Position numbers and translations under genes: made by a program | The notes under the pieces: model-generated | The model's input: only the letters and a program-made list of their open reading frames with translations | What the model was told of the DNA's origin: nothing | Database searches by the model: none | Part shown: one piece after another, positions 8,891 through 18,536 of the stretch | How positions within the stretch are numbered: position 1 is the stretch's first letter | Layout of the letters: each line of letters begins with the position of its first letter | IMG/VR virus record: IMGVR_UViG_3300020045_001513 | Coordinates: 1 to 26,652 of that record | Reading direction: 5' to 3' (one strand) | Length of the DNA stretch: 26,652 nt | Source of the DNA: a virus | Lineage: Duplodnaviria > Caudoviricetes

Positions 8891-9462
8891 TGATTTGGTG
8901 CGCTCACTCTTGAGATAAATAAACCAAAGTTATAGAAATCCATATTGTCAGTTGTATCAACGTAGAATTTACCGCCGTTGGCAACAAATGTGGCAAGGCA
9001 GAAAATTGGTATTGAAATGCTATAAATATACGGGATACCCGCACCTTTTGTTGATTCGAACGTTTGGTTATAGACGATATTACCCACCGCAATTTCCAAC
9101 TCAAGGTTAAATCTATCACTTGGCGTGCTTGGAACGGCTGTAAAATCAAACCGTAAGATATAGCTATCGCCTATCGCCGTAGGTGTTATTTTGTTACCAG
9201 AAAACCAAGATAGACCGCTTGGGATATAGGTTGTGTTATTAAAAGAACCCAATGTGTCAATCGTTAGTTGTGTTCTGGTATTATTGATATTTAAGGGGCT
9301 TCCCGATGTATATTGGCTGTCATCATAAAACGCCCAGCCGTGGATTTGCTCAAGGCTGTCGATCTTCTTTTTCAATGCCTGAAACCACAAAATCCAGCTT
9401 TGAACAAAGCGATTGAGTGGGTTTAACGTCTGGTCACCAATTGGCGGGGGCTTAAGTTGCAT
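8887..9462 (-). CDS. Tail protein (gp26 needle/plug position)
   Basis: PPP...W..WF..L N-terminus with short coil, then a beta-rich domain. Follows the gp10-like gene. Confidence 0.55.
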   Translation of the reverse strand: MQLKPPPIGDQTLNPLNRFVQSWILWFQALKKKIDSLEQIHGWAFYDDSQYTSGSPLNINNTRTQLTIDTLGSFNNTTYIPSGLSWFSGNKITPTAIGDSYILRFDFTAVPSTPSDRFNLELEIAVGNIVYNQTFESTKGAGIPYIYSISIPIFCLATFVANGGKFYVDTTDNMDFYNFGLFISRVSAPNQ

Positions 9463-10864
9463 TTAGGTACGCATCGTTAATTTGAAAGAATGTCGGTTCA
9501 GTATAACGGATTTTCCAAACGCGGTCACGCGCAGAACCACATCTACCCCAACGGACACGGGTTTTATACTTGCCAACCTTGCCAGTTGAAATCCATCGCT
9601 CATTGCCCCAAGTTCTGCCGCCATCATCGGAATACTGCATCATGATCTGCGGGTCAGAACCCTGCCCAGATTGCAGCCCTCGGCCTGTTTCCATGTCCAA
9701 TTCAAAGGATGAAAACGCTATATTCTTCTTTTCATCGGCAATATGTGGAGAAATACGCTCTCTGTGGATTTCGTCACCATTAAATGAGAATATGTCTAAT
9801 CTCTGGCGGTAAATGTTACCGTTTGTTCTATCCCCGATAAAGTTCGACTGGTCAAAGAAGAAATGGCAATTTCCTCTGTGTTGCTCCTGACCGCTGGCGC
9901 TGTTATATGCTCTTTCGTGCCACATACCCGTAGCACCATCATAAACTAGGGTCGTATCTAAGCCCTTAATTTGCAGAACGTAAAACACATGGCCTTGCTC
10001 GTGATACACATAGGCATAGCTTTCAGTAAAGTCAGTAGCGCTTGAGATGATAGCTTCAATGGCCTGTGTGCTCATCCGTTGTGCTTGGTATCCGTTAGCT
10101 TTCCACACTACGCCACGGCCTTGCGGATCCACACCAAGCCAAGCGATTGTATTATCAAATGCCTGAATAGTCTGTGCAGCCGCGCAACCTGTTTGGATTA
10201 CCGCGCCTTGGATACGCTCAAAAGGAAACGCTGCCGCGCCTGTATTGGTGAAAATCTCGGTTGATCTTGAGCCAAATAGCCATAAGTTACCAGTATCGGA
10301 AAACACAGATAGCAGAGGGTCGGAACTGCTCACGGCCTGTGAAAAGTCTAGCGTATCCCATGTCAAACCGTCATTAATCGCGGAAATGTAGAAGTTATTG
10401 GTGTCTTTCTGCGGAACGATAAAATAACCATCCTGATAAGTGACCGTTTCACACACGGGGAAATCAACGTCTACAATCTGCTCGAACACAAGACTGGTCA
10501 TATTGAATATATAGCCGTATTGACCATCAACAATCATCACTTGGTCGATGTTTTCAGCGATCGACACTCTCGATGTAGCCGTAAGTAAAGTACCACGGAT
10601 AACGCTTGCGCCGTTGGTTAGAACCTCATAGAAGTCATACCCAGAAACGACAAAAGCCCTGCCGTTACCGACAGTTCTAGCGCCGCGAATACCGCCACCA
10701 CCAAGGGTGTATGCCAAGGAATAGCCCGGAATTGAACGCAATGCCGATACTGATTTTGACGTGCCACTTTCAGACGCTAACGGGTATAAATTAACACACC
10801 GCTGACAATCGAATGTCAAAGCGTCCATTTGATAAGTCGGACCTACAAAGCCTTGTAATTTCAT
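9452..10864 (-). CDS. Tail hub / packaged DNA stabilization protein (P22 gp10-like)
   Basis: 470 aa; RCVNLYP, QDGYFI, EQGHVFYVL, TLVYD..T..WHER, YSDDGG.TW, G..G.Y..RV.W motifs. Confidence 0.9.
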   Translation of the reverse strand: MKLQGFVGPTYQMDALTFDCQRCVNLYPLASESGTSKSVSALRSIPGYSLAYTLGGGGIRGARTVGNGRAFVVSGYDFYEVLTNGASVIRGTLLTATSRVSIAENIDQVMIVDGQYGYIFNMTSLVFEQIVDVDFPVCETVTYQDGYFIVPQKDTNNFYISAINDGLTWDTLDFSQAVSSSDPLLSVFSDTGNLWLFGSRSTEIFTNTGAAAFPFERIQGAVIQTGCAAAQTIQAFDNTIAWLGVDPQGRGVVWKANGYQAQRMSTQAIEAIISSATDFTESYAYVYHEQGHVFYVLQIKGLDTTLVYDGATGMWHERAYNSASGQEQHRGNCHFFFDQSNFIGDRTNGNIYRQRLDIFSFNGDEIHRERISPHIADEKKNIAFSSFELDMETGRGLQSGQGSDPQIMMQYSDDGGRTWGNERWISTGKVGKYKTRVRWGRCGSARDRVWKIRYTEPTFFQINDAYLNAT

Positions 10865-11565
10865 TTGCCACTATAAATGTTATAAGAGTTATTGAACTGT
10901 AACAAAGCCTCATCCACACGCATGTTAGGCGGGTTATGTTTAGAATTTTGAGCGATAACAGCGTTTTTGCTCTCGATTGCGATTGATTGAACCGTTGCGC
11001 TGGCTTGTTTACCAAACTCGGGGGCGATTTCCATGGCAAGGTTAAAGCGAAACGCTCTTTCATATCCCTCTGGCAATACCAGAACATCGTCAATTGATGT
11101 AAATGACGTAATGGGCTTTTTGGTGTACAAAATCAGGTTATCAGTCTGCGCTGGTGTGGGGTAAAGGCGGATATTACCCAAAGGATAGTTAGCATCGTAG
11201 TAAAGCACCTCTGGAGTGCCTTGAATGCCTGTATTATCCACGATGCTTGCGTATTGATCACGGCTGTAAATCGTCAAGCCCATGATGCTAGAGCCATCGT
11301 CTATATTTGCTGCATAAATCTCTGTTGGGCGTACTGTATTGAAGTTGCCGCCTGTGCCAATAGTGTAAAGTGCCTGCGCTGATACCAAGGGAAACGCCTC
11401 AACACTTTCTGTATAAACCAAACCACCTTGAATTGACCAGCTATTGATCATCGCTACAATCGCAGTAAAGGCATCTTGCGTATCTTCCGCTGTCGCAGTT
11501 TGACCCGCGCCTAGCTCCTCAATCAACCGCAAAGACCCTGTAATTAAATCGCGTAATGTAGTCAT
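10861..11565 (-). CDS. Head-tail adaptor (P22 gp4-like)
   Basis: LRDLITGSLRLI..., MINSW, LYPTP, LPEGYERA..FNLA.EIAPEFG; synteny. Confidence 0.8.
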   Translation of the reverse strand: MTTLRDLITGSLRLIEELGAGQTATAEDTQDAFTAIVAMINSWSIQGGLVYTESVEAFPLVSAQALYTIGTGGNFNTVRPTEIYAANIDDGSSIMGLTIYSRDQYASIVDNTGIQGTPEVLYYDANYPLGNIRLYPTPAQTDNLILYTKKPITSFTSIDDVLVLPEGYERAFRFNLAMEIAPEFGKQASATVQSIAIESKNAVIAQNSKHNPPNMRVDEALLQFNNSYNIYSGK

Positions 11566-11576
11566 TTTAAACCCCA

Positions 11577-11610
11577 GAAAATTCCCCCTCCTTTTTAGGG
11601 GAGAGGGAGT
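11577..11610 (-). terminator. Intrinsic terminator after the decoration gene
   Basis: Minus strand TCCCTCTCC-CCTAAAAA-GGAGGGGGA stem followed by a short T-rich tail. Confidence 0.65.
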
Positions 11611-11613
11611 GTA

Positions 11614-11937
11614 TTAAGTCATAACCATACGTGCGCCAGCCGAACCTTCTTGACGGAACAAGGTAACCTTGTACGTACCAGCAGGAGGGGTGACACCAGC
11701 AGCCGTTGGGTTTACCCATTGAATAGCCAGAGTGTTAGCAGCACTTACACGGCAACCGCCGATGGTAACGCCAGCAACGTGTGATGGTGGGTTTACAACA
11801 ACAAAATCACCAACTTTTGCGCCCGAAAGCGTAAAGGTTTGTTCTGCTGCGGTAATGGTAGCAACGATTGCAGGGGTCAAAGACAAGTCTACGACTGTGA
11901 CACCCGCTACGTTACCCGCAATAATACCTGTAGACAT
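11614..11937 (-). CDS. Capsid decoration/cement protein (phage L Dec-like)
   Basis: 107 aa, beta-rich EQTFTLSGAKVGDFVVVNPP...RVSAANTLAI.W.NPT; strong AAGGAG RBS; directly after the coat gene. Confidence 0.65.
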   Translation of the reverse strand: MSTGIIAGNVAGVTVVDLSLTPAIVATITAAEQTFTLSGAKVGDFVVVNPPSHVAGVTIGGCRVSAANTLAIQWVNPTAAGVTPPAGTYKVTLFRQEGSAGARMVMT

Positions 11938-11949
11938 ATTATTCTCCTT

Positions 11950-11980
11950 AAAAAGTGGGGAGAGGTGTTAGCCCCTCCCC
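11950..11980 (-). terminator. Intrinsic terminator after the coat gene
   Basis: Minus strand GGGGAGGGG-CTAACA-CCTCTCCCC then ACTTTTT, 7 nt after the coat stop. Confidence 0.8.
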
Positions 11981-11987
11981 GTTATCG

Positions 11988-13238
11988 TTACGCTGTTACG
12001 CGGCAAGCCCATTCTGGACGAACTGCTGCGATGCCACCAAGGAAGTCAAGGCGCATGATCAGTTTATCGGTCAGAACGTCATAGTCACGGATAACGCGGA
12101 TTGTGAAGCCGCCTTCCGATGTTTTCTGAGCTGCCATGTCAGTACCGTCTGGCGTAACCAAAGGAACTGATACCATGCGGAACGCTGACTTGTGGTAAGC
12201 AAGTGATTGTTGGTAAGCAGTAGAAGCCGCGCCAACAAATACCAGAGCGCCTGTCTCATCAACAGGAGCAGCCGATACGTTTTGACGTGGATCTGTGGTT
12301 GTGTAGTAAATCGAAGGGCTGATTGCCAACGTAACGCTGTTACCAGATACCTCGGTTACGTCTGCTGTTACAACGAACTGTTGCAAGTAACCAAGATCAG
12401 TTTTGGTGATCGGGTGAACTGCGTTAACACCAGAGATGGTGAATACAGTACCTTTTTTGATTGTTGCGCCAGAAGTCACGCCATCAACGCCAAGAGTTGA
12501 CATACCGTTAGAGATTGCGACTACAGAAGCCTCAACCGCGATACCTGTTACGTCAGCACCGTTGCTATGTGTGTAACCGAGGTTGTTACGCAGGAACGTA
12601 AAACCATCAGCCAGACCCATGTAGCCGTTTTCATACTGTGCTTTGATCTTTTCCGATGATTGGAATTGACCCTTACGAGCATTTACAGCCGAACGGTTAC
12701 CCGCTGGGGTGAGAAGCAAGAAACGGTTATCCATATCAGGGCAAGCCATTTCATCGATCTTTTGACCAGCAGAAAGAACGGTATCGGTATCAAATACTGT
12801 CAAACCAGCCGTACCAACGCTGTTGAATGTAGCTTGGTTAGCACGTTGCAGCATTTCTTTCTCAACGTATTGAGCCATTGAAGAGATCGCTGGGTCAAGA
12901 ACGCGTTTCGTCCATGCTTTCAACGATGCTTCGGTAGCGATTTCCGATGAAGTCAGAGCGATAGGAATGACGCGGCGAATATCGAGCGTCAAAGCTACCT
13001 TTTCCTCGGTTACGTCTTGGATTGTTGAGGTGATGTCAGCAGTCGATGAAGGGATAAAACGTGCTGGTTTCGATACATAGATGGTATCTCCAGAGTTATA
13101 ACCATTTTTGCCATCAAAGTCTGATTTGTCTGCTTTGTCGATTGACTTTGCAAACTGTACTTTATCTTCGAACATACCCGCTGCCAATTCAGCGATGACG
13201 CCGGGTGCGTTCTTTAAGGTATTAAAGGTGTTAGCCAT
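11988..13238 (-). CDS. Major capsid protein (P22 gp5 family)
   Basis: MANTF start, GDTIYVSKP, GTVFTISGVNAVHPITK insertion domain, LAYHKSAF, RLDFLGG..AVRPEWACRV C-terminus. Confidence 0.95.
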   Translation of the reverse strand: MANTFNTLKNAPGVIAELAAGMFEDKVQFAKSIDKADKSDFDGKNGYNSGDTIYVSKPARFIPSSTADITSTIQDVTEEKVALTLDIRRVIPIALTSSEIATEASLKAWTKRVLDPAISSMAQYVEKEMLQRANQATFNSVGTAGLTVFDTDTVLSAGQKIDEMACPDMDNRFLLLTPAGNRSAVNARKGQFQSSEKIKAQYENGYMGLADGFTFLRNNLGYTHSNGADVTGIAVEASVVAISNGMSTLGVDGVTSGATIKKGTVFTISGVNAVHPITKTDLGYLQQFVVTADVTEVSGNSVTLAISPSIYYTTTDPRQNVSAAPVDETGALVFVGAASTAYQQSLAYHKSAFRMVSVPLVTPDGTDMAAQKTSEGGFTIRVIRDYDVLTDKLIMRLDFLGGIAAVRPEWACRVTA

Positions 13239-13257
13239 TATTTACTCTCCTAAGTGT

Positions 13258-14058
13258 TTATTTCCACCTAGCTTGCAGTTCTTTGTAGCTTAAGTTTTCC
13301 AGCGATTTATCGCCGCTCTTACTACCTGAAACTGGACTAGGCGGTGTTGCCATGATTGGCGTTTGTTTACGTTTAGGCGCGCTTTCGAGCTTTACGGCTT
13401 CTCTAATCAACGTCCAAGCAACATCCACAGGTGACATTTCCATCATCTTCTCAACGATTTCAGGATTGCTACCCAAGTGATAAACCAGTTCAGGCATGTT
13501 AGGCGCGTTCATAAGAACGTCTCTAAATACTTGAAACTCTGCTGACTGTTTTGGTGCAATATCAATAAATTGATTTAGAACCTTAACCTTGTCGTCATAG
13601 TCTGGTGTCGTCTTGCGTAGTTCAGCTTCACTTTCTTCAAACGCTGCCCGTTTTTTATTCAGGGCTTCTGCTTGAATTTTGTTTAGCTGTTCTTGTTTCT
13701 GCTGGTTTGCGATTTTGGCATATTCTTCTTTCGCCTCATGCTTACCTTTAGCAACAAAATAGTCCTCAATCGTTTCGAAATCAGATTCTTTCGGTTCGTC
13801 ATTCTTTGGTTTTTGTTGGCGGTATTGATTTAGTTCGGCTTCTAATTGCTCTGCTCTGCGTTCCTGTTCTTTATATCGAGCAGTAATCTTGTCGATGCGC
13901 TTCTGTGCTAGTTGCTTTTCCTCTGGGGTTGGCGGTACAAAGTCACTTTTTGCATCATCGGGCGCGTCATTCTGTTTTGTTTCCGTAGACGGTTCGGAAG
14001 TGGTGACTGTTGTTTCAACTTCAGTCTGTGCAGGATTTACATCCAGATTATCGGTCAT
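13258..14058 (-). CDS. Scaffolding protein
   Basis: Acidic N-terminus, QKRIDKIT coil, P..SDF...EDY, PDY, ELVYHLG.NPE, PP.PV.G motifs; lies between portal and coat. Confidence 0.88.
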   Translation of the reverse strand: MTDNLDVNPAQTEVETTVTTSEPSTETKQNDAPDDAKSDFVPPTPEEKQLAQKRIDKITARYKEQERRAEQLEAELNQYRQQKPKNDEPKESDFETIEDYFVAKGKHEAKEEYAKIANQQKQEQLNKIQAEALNKKRAAFEESEAELRKTTPDYDDKVKVLNQFIDIAPKQSAEFQVFRDVLMNAPNMPELVYHLGSNPEIVEKMMEMSPVDVAWTLIREAVKLESAPKRKQTPIMATPPSPVSGSKSGDKSLENLSYKELQARWK

Positions 14059-16175
14059 TCTGTTTCCTCATTTGACATTGCCATTTGTTCAGGCGGCAAA
14101 GTGGCCTGTTTACTTTCCTCATGGGAAAGAATTAGATTAACCGCTTCTGCGGTGTCATTTGTTTGCGCTTGCAACTCAGCAATGGTCTGCACGATTACCT
14201 TAACCTCTTCAGGTGTAATCCCTGCGCCCTGTGCCATTTGAGCGGCAATTTCCGCTTTAATCTTGATTGTTTCAGCTTGTGTCTTCTCAATGTCAGCGCG
14301 TGTCTTAGCGATAGCGGCCTCATTCTTGCCGACTTCACTTGCGACTTCTGCCTGATCTTTCTCACGCTTCTGTTGTAAAGCCTGATCCATGGCTTGCATT
14401 TGTTGCTGCATACCTTGAATAGCTTGTTCAGCTTGTTGCAACTGCATCGTTCTTGGGTCTTGCTCGTCTGACAATGCAGGGTTTAGCTTGTGCATACGCT
14501 CAACAATCAATTGAGCTTCTGGAATGTCCAAGTTTTTAACGAGAATATCGCCCACTACAGCGGCTGATTCTGGCAATGCTTGGATGATTGATTGAAGAAC
14601 CGCGACAGTCTCTTGACGCTTGGTGGCATAACTCGCACCAACGGTTGCCACAACATCATATTTCCCCATGTCATCGCCGATTGTGAAGAAAAACTCTTTA
14701 GGCTGGTTTATGGCTTGTTTATAACCATTCTTGCCATCTTTTACGACCGCTTGGTTAATCGGGGCTACCATACGCGTGTCATCTTCACCCATGATACGCA
14801 AGACACGTTCCGTGGTGTAAATCTTGCTAATAAGATCAACCATGATGCGACCAGCTTGACGGATAGACGATTGAAGGTTGTCAACAAAGTGGAATGTAGC
14901 GTTGTCGCCCTCGGCCTGTCTTGCCATGATGGCTTTGCCGCTAGTCTCGTTACCTTGGTTACCCAAAGAAGCGTTAAAGATACCAATGGTGGCTTTAATC
15001 CCATCACTCGCTGCCATCATCTCTTGGAACATCGCAGGGCTTCCCTGTGGTGCTGGCTGTCTCTGTGGTGCGTTGGCGTATGTCTGACCATCGGGCAATT
15101 TAACCGCGTCAAACTCAAGATATGCGTATGTACTAGTGTTAGCTTTTGACCAACGATCAGCATGTGTTGCAAACTGCCCCACAACGCCAATAAACGGGGC
15201 TTTGGGCTGCAATGCGATGATCTCGGTGCTGGCGGTCAGCCAATAGTTATAACGTCTCTGTGGGTCTTTAGCTTGGCGAATAAGGCTGTATGAATGACGT
15301 ACACCGTCTAACCAAACTTCCTCACCATAAACTGGAATAAGCGGGATGTATTTCCCCATCCAGTCAGTCTTTTCTAGAATTTCAACGCCTGATAGCTTGC
15401 ACCACTTGATTGCAGCGGTACGAATTTCACGTTCGCTTGTGGCTTCAACACCTTCAGGCAATTCATTTACGATTGAGCCATCGGCAAGCTGGTAAATGGT
15501 CGATGTGGTGTATTCCTTATAGAAATACTCACAAACACGGATTGTGTCTTTTGTACACCAACCACCAGCTTCTTTTTCGTCTTGCCATGCCATTGGTGAA
15601 GCGTCTGGATACTTAGCTTCAAACTCATCCCGCGCCATATCAACGGTAACGAAACCAAATTCAGCGTCAGAACCGTCCATTTCCTTAGAATTAGGGTCGA
15701 TCATAATCGAGCCGAAGTCAGGAACACGGATTAGCTCAATCTCTTGATCGAAGCTTTCATCATCGGCATACTTAGTATTTACCCGAATCCAGCCTTGACC
15801 AGCCATAACGCTGTTCTGTGCGCCTGTGTCATAGACGTTATCAGCACCTGATTGCACTTCAATATTGCGGATAATGCCACGTAGAACCTTAGCGGTCTCA
15901 ACGTCTGCGTTGTCGTCTGCTGGAAGGATGCTGATTGCGGGACGGGATTGGCGAATGTCGTTGATAACTTGGCGTGTGAATGTCAGCAAACGGTTTTCAG
16001 TCAGGCAAGGGCGGCCTTCTTTTTCACGCTGCGCCTTAATACCCTCATCCCATTGCTCGCCCAATGCAAAGCGAGTATCTTCGCGGCCTTGTGCGTATGG
16101 CTCTTTATAGAAATCATCGCACGACTTCCAACGTTTTTTTGCTTGCTCTAGGAGGTTTTTATCGGCCTTAGCCAT
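14055..16175 (-). CDS. Portal protein (P22 gp1-like)
   Basis: 706 aa; F..GEQW, RPCLT.N, G.GW.RV, AKDPQRRYN, ETSGKAIMARQ, GKYDV...G.SY.TKRQE; Q-rich C-terminal barrel. Confidence 0.95.
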   Translation of the reverse strand: MAKADKNLLEQAKKRWKSCDDFYKEPYAQGREDTRFALGEQWDEGIKAQREKEGRPCLTENRLLTFTRQVINDIRQSRPAISILPADDNADVETAKVLRGIIRNIEVQSGADNVYDTGAQNSVMAGQGWIRVNTKYADDESFDQEIELIRVPDFGSIMIDPNSKEMDGSDAEFGFVTVDMARDEFEAKYPDASPMAWQDEKEAGGWCTKDTIRVCEYFYKEYTTSTIYQLADGSIVNELPEGVEATSEREIRTAAIKWCKLSGVEILEKTDWMGKYIPLIPVYGEEVWLDGVRHSYSLIRQAKDPQRRYNYWLTASTEIIALQPKAPFIGVVGQFATHADRWSKANTSTYAYLEFDAVKLPDGQTYANAPQRQPAPQGSPAMFQEMMAASDGIKATIGIFNASLGNQGNETSGKAIMARQAEGDNATFHFVDNLQSSIRQAGRIMVDLISKIYTTERVLRIMGEDDTRMVAPINQAVVKDGKNGYKQAINQPKEFFFTIGDDMGKYDVVATVGASYATKRQETVAVLQSIIQALPESAAVVGDILVKNLDIPEAQLIVERMHKLNPALSDEQDPRTMQLQQAEQAIQGMQQQMQAMDQALQQKREKDQAEVASEVGKNEAAIAKTRADIEKTQAETIKIKAEIAAQMAQGAGITPEEVKVIVQTIAELQAQTNDTAEAVNLILSHEESKQATLPPEQMAMSNEETE

Positions 16176-16236
16176 GTGTAACCCTGCGGTAAAATGTATT
16201 ACAACAATTTATGCAGGGATTTCGCCCAGTGGTTAG

Positions 16237-16265
16237 AGTGTATAATAAAATTACGGGGTGTGCAA
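16237..16265 (-). promoter_or_regulatory. Sigma70-like promoter upstream of portal
   Basis: TTGCAC (16265-16260), 17 bp, TACACT (16242-16237), in a 104-bp intergenic gap. Confidence 0.6.
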
Positions 16266-16279
16266 TAGGTTAAAATGTT

Positions 16280-17555
16280 CTATCCCATCCATGCGTTACG
16301 TTTATAGTTTTGGTAAATTTTTGGAGTGACTGGCTTAATCAAACTGCCCTTAACTTGTGACGCTGCGATAGCCGCATAACGTGCTGCATCGGCTGCATGG
16401 CTTGACCAGTTGTGTGTAGGTTTGGACTTGAATGTGGCGCGTTCCTCATCCCATTCATAGGCGTAGTTTTCCAATGCGTGTAAACCATCAGCGCACTTCT
16501 TTTCATCAAATACGGAAAACGCTATTGTTTGGCGCAACAACTCAATCGCAGGGTTTATATCTGTCTCTCGTGCCAATACTGTATTAGATAACCCCATAGC
16601 GTCTAATTGACGCGATACGCTCTCACCCCTGATATTGCCATGTCCGCCGTCATGAGGTAGATAATGCCCGTCTTTCATGTAATTGAATGACTTTGCCTTG
16701 ACGATCTGGACGTAATGGGATAACTGCTCACCACTATTCTCATAATAATCTAACCAGCGCAATTCACGACCTACGAATTGTAGCCACCATATTGACGTAG
16801 CATCTCCAAAGCCTAAATCCCATGCGGTAAAGACTTCACACGAAGGGTCATATGGTACGGCGTTAATCCGTTTATCGGTTCGTGCAGCCTGTAATTGCTT
16901 GGCGTATACAGCACCAGAACGGCGGGTGTCAAATGCACCCTCATAGATGTGCTGGTAGGCTTCTGCATCCTCTTTCTCTAGCTTTAAACGCTCATCATTC
17001 AATTCTTTAGGAAAGAATGGGTTATCACGCCATGAAAACTTTTCAACCCAGAACCGCTCGTCAGCCTGTTTTATCATCCTAACGTATGTGGGGTCATTTG
17101 GGTTTTTAGGGTTAAACGTTACCCAAATTTCAGAACCAGCCTTACGGATTGTCGGAATGATAATCTCGTAAGTATTGTTTGATACGTTCTCGGCCTCTTC
17201 CACCCACAAAATATCCGCACCCTCCAATGACTTAGTGTCAGTCGTGTTGTGCTTTAGGCCGATGAAGATAAACGCCGTCCCGTTAATACCCCTGATCTCA
17301 TTCTCAAGGATACGGTAGAACCCCTCAAGTTTATGTTGTCTGATAATATCAGCTAACAACTTATGGACGCTATTCTTGATTGATTTTTGGATTTCACGCC
17401 CACACACGATAAACATCGGGCGGGTCATGCCCATAGTGATTAAGGCTCTGGCAACGTTATGTGACTTTGCGCCGCCTTCGCCCCCCCCATAGCACTTTAT
17501 AGCGCTTAGGGCTGAATAATGGCTTAAACTTGCGGGGGATAGTTATTTCAGTCAA
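16280..17555 (-). pseudogene. terL: Terminase large subunit (PBSX/Terminase_3 type), interrupted by one extra base in Walker A as sequenced
   Basis: TTG at 17555 overlaps the terS stop and gives MTEITIPRKFKPLFSPKRYKVLWGGR; the +1 frame continues GGAKSHNVA... into ORF 16280..17434 (REIQKSI, WVEEA, TFNP, WDLG, SHAADA). The span is 1276 nt = 3n+1. Could be a sequencing error. Confidence 0.85.
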
Positions 17556-17862
17556 TAAACTGAACCTTCACATCATGGGCAATTGGCTTACCATCTGCAC
17601 CAGTCTGTTCAACCTTGTCAGTAACCTTCCCATACGCGCTATCCATCAATTCTTTAAACGCTGGTACGTCACCGCCCATGGCTTTTTCGATGATTGCCGC
17701 TGTCATAGTGTCAACGACTAATTGATCTGTGCCTTTTAAAATGGCTTCAATAGCTTCACGCACGATTGTGGAGCGGTTGCGCGTTCCCTTAACCTTACCA
17801 GCGCGATTAATTCTCTCTGGTTTGTCTTTGAAAGTATGGCCTTTTAAGTTTTCATCGTTCAT
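17548..17862 (-). CDS. terS: Terminase small subunit
   Basis: ENLK..F......N.AG..KG.RN, KA..GDVPAFKELMD..YGK, TGADGKPI C-terminus; directly upstream of terL. Confidence 0.78.
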   Translation of the reverse strand: MNDENLKGHTFKDKPERINRAGKVKGTRNRSTIVREAIEAILKGTDQLVVDTMTAAIIEKAMGGDVPAFKELMDSAYGKVTDKVEQTGADGKPIAHDVKVQFID

Positions 17863-17904
17863 CGCTGCATACTCGCTGCTTTCCGTATATAATGAAATGC
17901 CATA

Positions 17905-18276
17905 TTATCCAATTGCGTTAACCTCAACCAGATAATGTGTAAGCCCATATGACCCGATATAGGCGTCGCCATACATAACAACTAAATGATCGTGCCTTAC
18001 CAAGTCACCCATGGAATTTTCTGAACGCCAATTGCTGTGAACAAGTTTAGTTTGTTCCTCTGGCTTGAAGACATCATTCAGCATCTTTAATTTACTAGCC
18101 AGATTTTCAGCCAAAGCCTTGTAATCCTCTTGGCGCACATAATGAACACCGTCTACCGTGCCAATATAACCTTTGTTCTGCGCTGCAAATTCAGAGTTAT
18201 TTTGGAAAACGCCTTTTTGCTTACAGATCATATCGTGCGTCTCTTGTGGGTTTAGATATTTTACGCTGTGTGTCAT
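17905..18276 (-). CDS. Hypothetical protein
   Basis: 123 aa ORF with an ATGA overlap with the upstream gene. Confidence 0.6.
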   Translation of the reverse strand: MTHSVKYLNPQETHDMICKQKGVFQNNSEFAAQNKGYIGTVDGVHYVRQEDYKALAENLASKLKMLNDVFKPEEQTKLVHSNWRSENSMGDLVRHDHLVVMYGDAYIGSYGLTHYLVEVNAIG

Positions 18277-18536
18277 TCTTTCACCGTGTTCTTATACCCA
18301 TCAATCCGAAGCATCTTTTTACCATCGTATTGGATTAAAGTTTCGATAAAATGATCCACTTTACGATTTTCAATCATCATATCAATGACTGGGGCTTTAA
18401 TTCTGCGCAGAAAGCTATCGGAGTTAATATCTTCACCGTCTTGTATAGCAATAGGGCATGCGCAAACAAATTTGCCTCCATCATAAGGAGAGCAGGTTGT
18501 TAAAGTTGCCTTGCCGTTAGTGTCAGTTGTTGCCAT
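18273..18536 (-). CDS. Hypothetical protein
   Basis: 87 aa ORF, GAAGGA RBS, overlapping both neighbours. Confidence 0.6.
   Translation of the reverse strand: MATTDTNGKATLTTCSPYDGGKFVCACPIAIQDGEDINSDSFLRRIKAPVIDMMIENRKVDHFIETLIQYDGKKMLRIDGYKNTVKE

Noticed and set aside
16215-16240. tRNA-like 5' segment AGGGATTTCGCCCAGTGGTTAGAGTG on the plus strand
   Set aside because: It resembles a D-arm, but the D-stem has a mismatch and no anticodon stem, T-loop (GTTCRA) or acceptor complement follows.
16241-16246. Perfect TATAAT on the plus strand, antisense to terL
   Set aside because: No -35 at 16-18 bp and no correct TGn extension; it overlaps the better minus-strand promoter.
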